DNA of 51,598 nucleotides from a virus: IMG/VR virus record IMGVR_UViG_3300045988_159957; one strand, 5' to 3'. Shown piece by piece: positions 9,576 to 15,274 of this stretch (position 1 is its first letter; each line of letters starts with the position of its first letter). The notes under the pieces were generated by a model. It saw only the letters and a program-made list of their open reading frames with translations, ran no database searches and was not told where the DNA came from. The position numbers and the translations under genes were made by a program.

Positions 9576-9731
9576 ATGCCTGCAAGACAAACCACTGTAG
9601 TAAGAACAACCACTGTTACAAGATCTAGAGTAAGGTCAAGCTCTTCATCCAGATCAAACGGGAATTCCTCAAGATCAGGTGGTAAGAGAGGAAATCAGAG
9701 AAGATGCTCAGCCTGTGGAAGATTTATGTAG
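9576..9731 (+). CDS. Highly basic Arg/Ser/Thr-rich peptide (51 aa), hypothetical
   Basis: Hand translation MPARQTTVVRTTTVTRSRVRSSSSSRSNGNSSRSGGKRGNQRRCSACGRFM. GGGGAG lies 8 nt upstream. Confidence 0.3.
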   Translation: MPARQTTVVRTTTVTRSRVRSSSSSRSNGNSSRSGGKRGNQRRCSACGRFM

Positions 9732-9741
9732 GAGGAGCAAT

Positions 9742-9975
9742 GTGAACAATAAAAACCTTATGACAAGAAGAAAAGTTCAGGACATAGGGAGTTTCTCTTC
9801 ATTGCAAGATCTACTTGATAATTCTACTTTGAGTGATCTTGATAAAGAGATCATAGTCCTTCACTATGTTCAGGAAAAGAACTTTGCCTACATCGGTGAT
9901 GAACTTGGGTACTCTGAAAGTGGAATAAAGAAAAGACATCAGAAGATACTCAATAAGCTCAGTCAACTCATCTAA
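9742..9975 (+). CDS. Sigma-70 region-4-like HTH protein (putative late transcription regulator)
   Basis: GTG 9742 lies about 7 nt after AGGAGG. LSDLDKEIIVLHYVQEKNFAYIGDELGYSESGIKKRHQKILNKL matches the sigma70_r4 / ArpU-RinA-like HTH pattern. Confidence 0.6.
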   Translation: MNNKNLMTRRKVQDIGSFSSLQDLLDNSTLSDLDKEIIVLHYVQEKNFAYIGDELGYSESGIKKRHQKILNKLSQLI

Positions 9976-10005
9976 TTTCATAAAGGTACTTTCAGACTTC
10001 TTTAG

Positions 10006-10040
10006 GGAACCTATGCAGATACTTGTGTAGGTTCCTTTTG
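10006..10040 (+). terminator. Rho-independent terminator after the sigma-r4-like gene
   Basis: GGAACCTA (10006-10013) pairs with TAGGTTCC (10028-10035), followed by TTTTG. Confidence 0.7.
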
Positions 10041-10061
10041 ATTTATACTTTAATCAAAAGG
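10034..10061 (+). promoter_or_regulatory. 10-bp hairpin partly sequestering the SD of CDS 10072
   Basis: CCTTTTGATT (10034-10043) is the perfect complement of AATCAAAAGG (10052-10061). The 3' arm overlaps AAGGAGG (10058-10064). Confidence 0.5.
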
Positions 10062-10071
10062 AGGTAAGAAA

Positions 10072-10569
10072 ATGCCTTATCCATATAACAATCCCTATAT
10101 GCAACCTACTCAAATGAGACTAAATCAAATGGAACAACAGTTCCCCCAATTTGCTCAGGGTTATCAGAATTTCCAGGGTTATCCTCAGCAAATGTCTATT
10201 AAAGGAAGACCTGTTTCTTCTTATGATGAAGCAAAAGCAAGCATGATAGATCTTGATGGCTCTGTCTTCATATTTCCTGATTATGGGAATAACAAGATCT
10301 ACACCAAGCAAATCAACCTTGATGGAACAGCTACAATAAACACTTATACACTTGACACCCCCGTACAGTCTCAAGCTGCACCCGTGAAATCGTCAAATTC
10401 AAGCCAAAATACGCTTGACCTTATAAATAACCTCCAGTCACAAATAAACACTATAAAAGGACAAATAGACAATTTGCAGACAGGAAGAGGTGAAAAGAAT
10501 GCAGAATCCGTTCACGCAAATGATGCAGGCAGCAAACATGATGAGAAATCCAGGTCAAACAATAAATAG
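10072..10569 (+). CDS. Q/N/P/Y-rich low-complexity protein with a conserved-looking central domain, hypothetical
   Basis: 165 aa. N-terminus MPYPYNNPYMQPTQMRLNQMEQQFPQFAQGYQNFQGYPQQ, then IKGRPVSSYDEAKASMIDLDGSVFIFPDYGNNKIYTK. Confidence 0.6.
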   Translation: MPYPYNNPYMQPTQMRLNQMEQQFPQFAQGYQNFQGYPQQMSIKGRPVSSYDEAKASMIDLDGSVFIFPDYGNNKIYTKQINLDGTATINTYTLDTPVQSQAAPVKSSNSSQNTLDLINNLQSQINTIKGQIDNLQTGRGEKNAESVHANDAGSKHDEKSRSNNK

Positions 10570-10741
10570 TCTCATGCAGAATAACCCTAACATGAGAAGA
10601 GCAATGGAAATGTCCGAGGGTAAAAGCCCTGAACAGATCCAGCAGGTTTGTAGAAATCTGTGTGATCAGATGGGTGTGAATTATAATGATGCTCTGAATC
10701 AGTTCCAGAGCATGTCAGCTCAATTTGGTATCAAGCTCTAG
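10499..10741 (+). CDS. Q/N/M-rich small protein, hypothetical
   Basis: ATG 10499 lies 8 nt after GGAAGAGG (track start 10490 is GTG). Overlaps the previous CDS by about 70 nt. Confidence 0.5.
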   Translation: MQNPFTQMMQAANMMRNPGQTINSLMQNNPNMRRAMEMSEGKSPEQIQQVCRNLCDQMGVNYNDALNQFQSMSAQFGIKL

Positions 10742-10778
10742 AGCTTAGATATAAATATCAAAGAAGGAGGAAAAGTCT

Positions 10779-11396
10779 ATGGGAATGGAAGGAAGTGGAC
10801 TGAGTGTTGCTGATGCATTGGCACTCGGTAAAAACAATGATGGCATGTTCGGAGGTAGTGGCTCCGGTGCATGGGTATTCTTCCTGTTCTTCTTACTCGC
10901 ATGGGGCGGTGGTGGCTTTGGCTTTGGCAACAGAGGAGAAAACCTTGCTACCCAGGCAGATGTGCAGAGGGGCTTTGACAATCAGGCGGTTATCAACAAG
11001 CTGAATGGCTTAGAGAGTGGTCTGTGTGATGGCTTCTATGCTATGAACACCGGTATGCTGAATGGCTTCTCTGGTGTTAACGCTGCTATTGCCAATCTGG
11101 GTTATCAGGAACAGCAGTGCTGCTGCACTACTAACAGAAACATTGATTCTGTTAAGTATGAAAATGCACAGAACACCGCTGCGATCGTTAACGCAAGCAA
11201 TGCCAATACCCAGAAGATTCTGGATGTCATCACTCAGAACCAGATCCAGGATCTGCGTGATAAGCTTCAGGAAGCTCAGCTGCAGAACAGCCAGTGTGCT
11301 CAGAATGCTTATCTTATCAACCAGCTTCAGCCTGTGGCAAGACCTGCATACATCACCTGTAGCCCGTATGCTGCATCTGGATGTTGCAACTGCTAA
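10779..11396 (+). CDS. Gly-rich membrane-anchored, Cys-cluster protein (YjcZ-like N-terminus), hypothetical
   Basis: 205 aa. GGSGSGAWVFFLFFLLAWGGGGFGFGN hydrophobic core flanked by Gly runs, plus QQCCCTTNRN and a C-terminal SGCCNC. Strong RBS. Confidence 0.65.
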   Translation: MGMEGSGLSVADALALGKNNDGMFGGSGSGAWVFFLFFLLAWGGGGFGFGNRGENLATQADVQRGFDNQAVINKLNGLESGLCDGFYAMNTGMLNGFSGVNAAIANLGYQEQQCCCTTNRNIDSVKYENAQNTAAIVNASNANTQKILDVITQNQIQDLRDKLQEAQLQNSQCAQNAYLINQLQPVARPAYITCSPYAASGCCNC

Positions 11397-11430
11397 CAGA
11401 AGACATCTGTGCTTATCAGCACCAAATCAA

Positions 11431-11457
11431 GAGGACGGTGCAAGCTGTCCTCTTTTT
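11431..11457 (+). terminator. Rho-independent terminator
   Basis: GAGGACGG / CTGTCCTC stem (8 bp, one G-U), 6-nt loop, then TTTTT. Confidence 0.7.
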
Positions 11458-11478
11458 CAATTGAAAGGAGAATACAAT

Positions 11479-11919
11479 ATGAATTGTAATTATCAAAAGT
11501 CCTGTGTAGAAGTGTATAACAATACACCTACTACAATCAATCCCACTGTTAATGGAGGAGTTCCTGCTGTATTCGGTAACACTGCCACAAGAACTGGATG
11601 TTCTATGAGTGTAAACACAAACGGAGTTACCATTGAGCACGGTGGATTGTATGAATTTAATTTCGATGCATCCTATCTTAACGGAGCAACTGCCGGAACC
11701 CTTACAGCTCAGCTCTATAAAGATGGATCTCCCGTGGGTTCTGCTCTTGCAAATGATGAGCTTACTGCAAATGGAATAGGTAACATGTCCTTCTCCACAC
11801 GGTTGAAAGTTCCTACCTGCTGTGCAGTTCAGCCTGTATTCACAGTAGTGTTCACCGGAACTCTGGCAACTGCTGTCACTATCCAGCATGTAGCTCTGGG
11901 AGTGACACGCTTGGCATAA
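11479..11919 (+). CDS. C1q/TNF-like (BclA C-terminal-domain-like) protein
   Basis: ATG 11479 follows GAAAGGAG. The track's longer ORF from 11062 crosses the terminator. Pattern GVTIEHGGLYEFNFDASYL...GTLTAQLYKDGSPVGSA...VTIQHVALGVTRLA resembles the BclA-CTD jelly roll. No collagen repeats. Confidence 0.5.
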   Translation: MNCNYQKSCVEVYNNTPTTINPTVNGGVPAVFGNTATRTGCSMSVNTNGVTIEHGGLYEFNFDASYLNGATAGTLTAQLYKDGSPVGSALANDELTANGIGNMSFSTRLKVPTCCAVQPVFTVVFTGTLATAVTIQHVALGVTRLA

Positions 11920-12143
11920 TGAATGACAATGAACAGCTTGGCTTATTAGATATCATCACAATCATCGGATTCATGCTCAATTTACAGAATTATGGTAAGA
12001 ACGTGGATCAGAGTAAGATGCAGAATGCTATAAGTCAAGCTGTATCTGATATTCATGGTCATCTTCAAGAGCAGGATAGAAAGATAGATAGCATCTATGA
12101 GATGCTGAAAGGAGAAAAAGATGGATCGAAAAGAGATGATTAG
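11919..12143 (+). CDS. Small protein with hydrophobic N-terminus and helical tail, hypothetical
   Basis: TAATG overlap with the upstream CDS. 74 aa containing LGLLDIITIIGFMLNL. Confidence 0.5.
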   Translation: MNDNEQLGLLDIITIIGFMLNLQNYGKNVDQSKMQNAISQAVSDIHGHLQEQDRKIDSIYEMLKGEKDGSKRDD

Positions 12144-12723
12144 AGATGTCTCTACCATGACTTGTAAAGAGATCTTTGGAGAAATTCTGAGCAAGCAAGT
12201 TCATGCACTTATGTTTCATGACCAGATGGCTTCATATTTTGATTTCTTGGGGCTGAATGGATTCAAGCGTATGCATGAATATCAGTATCTCTCCGAAAGT
12301 GTGACTTACAGGAAAGTTCAGAGATATTTCATAAACCGATACAATGAGATCGTTGAATCTCATGATGTAGAAAACCCTCAAGCAATACCCTCTGAATGGT
12401 TTAAGCACACAAGAGGAGAGGTGACTCCTTCAATTAAGAAACGATCTGTGAAGGAAGCCTTTGAGGATTATAGGGAATGGGAAAAGAGTGTTGAAGAATG
12501 CTTCAGCGTGTATGCTCAGTCCTTATATGATCGGGGTATGCTGATTGATTATTCTTTTGTGCTGGACCTTATAAAAGACGTTTGCAAAGAAGTTAAGAGA
12601 ATCGACAGGCTCATGTTGAAACTTGGTGGAGTGGAATATGATCTTACTTATATTGAAGAGATGCAGGATTGCCTGCATGAGAAGTATAAGAAGAAAATTC
12701 ATCGTGTCGGATCGGAGCTGTAG
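12121..12723 (+). CDS. Hypothetical protein (200 aa)
   Basis: AAAGGAGA RBS. All-helical-looking sequence. Confidence 0.55.
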   Translation: MDRKEMIRDVSTMTCKEIFGEILSKQVHALMFHDQMASYFDFLGLNGFKRMHEYQYLSESVTYRKVQRYFINRYNEIVESHDVENPQAIPSEWFKHTRGEVTPSIKKRSVKEAFEDYREWEKSVEECFSVYAQSLYDRGMLIDYSFVLDLIKDVCKEVKRIDRLMLKLGGVEYDLTYIEEMQDCLHEKYKKKIHRVGSEL

Positions 12724-12728
12724 ATTGT

Positions 12729-12869
12729 ATGAGCATGGAACATTCTTGCAAAAATGAAGTGTATACTTGCCAAAGGTGTGGCAAACAAATTCCTCTTGGA
12801 CAAGGGTGCAGTTGCCTTGACAAAGAGATACAAGCCAAGCTGAGAATGAGCAAGAAAGAGCAGAAGTGA
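12729..12869 (+). CDS. Possible 46-aa zinc-ribbon peptide
   Basis: Hand translation MSMEHSCKNEVYTCQRCGKQIPLGQGCSCLDKEIQAKLRMSKKEQK. Weak RBS. The stop lies inside the terminator loop. Confidence 0.3.
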   Translation: MSMEHSCKNEVYTCQRCGKQIPLGQGCSCLDKEIQAKLRMSKKEQK

Positions 12870-12890
12870 AAACCTCTGCTCTTTTCTTTT
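12855..12890 (+). terminator. Rho-independent terminator
   Basis: AAAGAGCAG (12855-12863) pairs with CTGCTCTTT (12876-12884), followed by CTTTT. Confidence 0.55.
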
Positions 12891-12911
12891 GCAAAATTTT
12901 CTAAAAAACTC

Positions 12912-12940
12912 TTTACATTTTAGAGTGAGGAGAGTATGAT
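12912..12940 (+). promoter_or_regulatory. Phage consensus promoter P1 (TTTACA-N17-TATGAT)
   Basis: -35 at 12912-12917, -10 at 12935-12940, A/T-rich UP region gaaaattttctaaaaaact, downstream GAACTTGTAAG. Confidence 0.7.
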
Positions 12941-12985
12941 GAACTTGTAAGAAAGTGATACACAGCAAATCAGGAGGACACAAAT

Positions 12986-13600
12986 ATGACAATGGCAGAG
13001 AAAAAGATGAATAGTATTCAGAAAGAAATTGAGAAGTTAGAAAAGTCTCTTGACAGATATAAAGGTTTGCTTGAAAAGAAAGTCATAAAGTGTGAAAAAC
13101 TCAACTGTAATTGGACAAGAGAACAGATGTTTGAAAAGAAAAACAATGGTGAGATGTCTCAAGAGCAGTGGTCAGCATGGTTTGACAAGAGCCTTAAGGA
13201 GAGTGATGTAGAGGACACTCAGAAGAGACTTGAAAATGCTGGAAAAAGATTTGAGAAAGCTGTAGCTGAATATGAAAGATCCTCTGAGAAGACGGCTGAA
13301 GATGAAGAAATCAATGCTAAAGAGCTTCAATGGTTGGAAGCAGTACAGAAGAGTGAAGAAGAGTACCATCAATGGTTAACTCAGTTCAAAAAAGAGTGTG
13401 CATTGGATGGAATCATTGTTGAAGAAGCTTATAGCACTTACATTGTTGGGTATACCAAATCCGGTAAAAGATTCTCAATGTGTATCAATAGTGGGTGGAC
13501 AGAAAGAAGTCTTCATTCATACACCCTCAAAGTGAACGGAATAGTTCTTTTCACTTCTGGATTATTCAGTACAGGATACAGATATCTCAAGAGTGTGTAG
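12986..13600 (+). CDS. Coiled-coil hypothetical protein (204 aa)
   Basis: AGGAGG RBS. First gene after P1. Confidence 0.6.
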   Translation: MTMAEKKMNSIQKEIEKLEKSLDRYKGLLEKKVIKCEKLNCNWTREQMFEKKNNGEMSQEQWSAWFDKSLKESDVEDTQKRLENAGKRFEKAVAEYERSSEKTAEDEEINAKELQWLEAVQKSEEEYHQWLTQFKKECALDGIIVEEAYSTYIVGYTKSGKRFSMCINSGWTERSLHSYTLKVNGIVLFTSGLFSTGYRYLKSV

Positions 13601-13622
13601 AACAATAGGAGGAGCAAATATA

Positions 13623-13811
13623 ATGATCAATACAAATTATGTAAGAACACTTGATTTTGGTGAAGTTCCAATCAGGAAAAACTTCACGGAGGGACAAGAA
13701 TATGCATGGATTGAACTGTCTGATCATGGATATGCATCTATTCGGATAGACCCAAGAACAAATCAGCCTTTTGCTGTTCTTTTTGATGAGGATGGGAATC
13801 AGATAATGTGA
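13623..13811 (+). CDS. Hypothetical protein (62 aa)
   Basis: ATG 13623 lies 8 nt after AGGAGGAG (track start 13593 precedes the RBS). Confidence 0.5.
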   Translation: MINTNYVRTLDFGEVPIRKNFTEGQEYAWIELSDHGYASIRIDPRTNQPFAVLFDEDGNQIM

Positions 13812-13854
13812 CACTAGAGCTAAAAATTTTTCTTTGAAAATTTTCTAAAAACTC

Positions 13855-13883
13855 TTTACATTTCTCCCATATGAGAGTATGAT
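13855..13883 (+). promoter_or_regulatory. Phage consensus promoter P2 (TTTACA-N17-TATGAT)
   Basis: -35 at 13855-13860, -10 at 13878-13883. The upstream 27 nt are nearly identical to P1. Confidence 0.7.
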
Positions 13884-13995
13884 GAATTCATAAGGAAAGG
13901 GTGATACCTACCTGAAGCAGTAATGCAGGAGCAGTTGAAGACAATTAGTTCCAAGCATGAAAAGTAAGAAGACTCACCAAATGGAGGAAAAAGAT

Positions 13996-14211
13996 ATGAC
14001 AAAGGCACAGGAACTTACAATTGAAAAACTGGAAGAACTTGTAAGTACATTACATAGGGTTGAATGGCGAGCTGTTGGTGGCAATCCTGCTTGCAGAGGA
14101 TATGACAATTTTATCAAAAAACACAACGGAAAGAAATATATCTTAAAAGATTCTATCAGAGATAAAGATGGAAACTATCACGATGATATTATTTATGAAA
14201 TAGTTCGTTAA
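13996..14211 (+). CDS. Hypothetical protein (71 aa)
   Basis: ATG 13996 lies 6 nt after GGAGGA. Confidence 0.5.
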   Translation: MTKAQELTIEKLEELVSTLHRVEWRAVGGNPACRGYDNFIKKHNGKKYILKDSIRDKDGNYHDDIIYEIVR

Positions 14212-14243
14212 ACTGAAATATTAAGATTTATGGAGGCATTTGT

Positions 14244-14477
14244 ATGAGAAAAATACATGAATGTGCAGAAGATATAAAAAATATTTTAAATGATGCAGAA
14301 CGAACCGAAGAGGTTGACGGAGATATGTTATGTAGTATTAACGAGTTGGTGGATGAAATTTTATCAATATATTGTTTAGAAAAACAACAAAGAAAAATGG
14401 CTATAGCTGAAGAAAATGAGATTCTTTCAGAAGAGGCTAAAAAAGCAGGATGGAAGTCTGGTGTTATGAACATCTAA
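14244..14477 (+). CDS. Hypothetical acidic protein (77 aa)
   Basis: GGAGG RBS. Confidence 0.5.
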   Translation: MRKIHECAEDIKNILNDAERTEEVDGDMLCSINELVDEILSIYCLEKQQRKMAIAEENEILSEEAKKAGWKSGVMNI

Positions 14478-14576
14478 ACTGAACTATCGGAAAAATTGTG
14501 TAACGAAAGGAGACAGTTTAGAGCATCTGTGTTAGACTTTATGAATAAATTTTATGAGCATTAAAGGAGGAGAATA

Positions 14577-14771
14577 ATCATAATTATCAACAAAACACTT
14601 GATGGAGCAAATCTCAAGAATGAATTCATACAGAAAGTGGTTGCGACAGGGTATCAGCACACAAGAAGATATCACTACAAATATCTTTTCGACTCAGGTC
14701 TGGTCATAAGAATAGACCAAAAGAATAAAGAAAAATGTGTCATTGCAAAAATAATCAAGACAGGGCAATAA
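14577..14771 (+). CDS. Possible 64-codon ORF with a non-canonical (ATC/ATA/ATT) start
   Basis: The frame is open from 14565 to TAA 14769-14771. AAAGGAGG (14563-14570) lies 6-9 nt before ATC/ATA/ATT codons. No in-frame ATG near the RBS. Confidence 0.3.
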   Translation: MIIINKTLDGANLKNEFIQKVVATGYQHTRRYHYKYLFDSGLVIRIDQKNKEKCVIAKIIKTGQ

Positions 14772-14781
14772 GCCCTGTCTT
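14757..14781. terminator. Bidirectional hairpin at the convergence of + and - transcription
   Basis: AAGACAGGGC / GCCCTGTCTT 10-bp perfect stem with a 5-nt loop, between the stop at 14771 (+) and the stop at 14781 (-). Confidence 0.7.
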
Positions 14782-15074
14782 TATGATTCCGGCTGTTCAA
14801 CTATGATTCCGGCTTTTTCATATAGTTGTTTCTTTATATCATCAAGCGAGATTTCTCCTCTATCAAATTGATCATTTCTTTTATGGATACCATCTATGAA
14901 TGCATTCAATCTTTTCTCTCTAAACCCACAGTCTTCGTATAGGGTAAGAAGACCCAACATCATAAATGCAGACCAGCTTGCTGCTACAGCTTTATCAGCT
15001 CTGTTCTGTACCTTTTCAACTTCTCTCATTCTTCTTAGAATGTCATTCTTACTATCATAATGTTTCTTTGCCAT
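14781..15074 (-). CDS. Hypothetical protein (97 aa)
   Basis: AGGAGA RBS. Last gene of the leftward block. Confidence 0.55.
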   Translation of the reverse strand: MAKKHYDSKNDILRRMREVEKVQNRADKAVAASWSAFMMLGLLTLYEDCGFREKRLNAFIDGIHKRNDQFDRGEISLDDIKKQLYEKAGIIVEQPES

Positions 15075-15085
15075 AAGTTCTTCTC

Positions 15086-15274
15086 CTATTCCCAGTGAAA
15101 TTTTTCATGCCACACCTTTTCTTCCGGTAATCTCTTAAATTCTCTTTTGCACAGTTCTACATCACTTTTTTCTCTATGATTGGGTCTTGGATCTATACCA
15201 ACTCCACAAGCACATCTCTCATCCATGTCATAGAGATTTTCACATATACTGCACTGAAAAGCTCTCATTCCCAT
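15086..15274 (-). CDS. Small Cys-rich (zinc-finger-like) protein
   Basis: 62 aa with CSIC...CAC. Its start overlaps the SNF2 stop. Confidence 0.45.
   Translation of the reverse strand: MGMRAFQCSICENLYDMDERCACGVGIDPRPNHREKSDVELCKREFKRLPEEKVWHEKFHWE

Noticed and set aside
11062-11478. N-terminal 139-codon extension of the C1q-like ORF (track ORF 11062..11919)
   Set aside because: The extension overlaps CDS 10779..11396 out of frame and runs through the terminator 11431-11457. A strong RBS precedes the internal ATG at 11479.
12121-12723. Ferritin-like helix pattern in the 200-aa protein (LSKQVHALMFHDQMASYFDFLGLNGFKRMHEYQ)
   Set aside because: The di-iron ligand positions (the ExxH and Glu pairs) are not conserved by eye, so the resemblance is too weak to call.
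12523-12992. Minus-strand ORFs 12523..12894, 12644..12853 and 12699..12992
   Set aside because: They are antisense to plus-strand genes, terminator T3 and promoter P1, and have no RBS.
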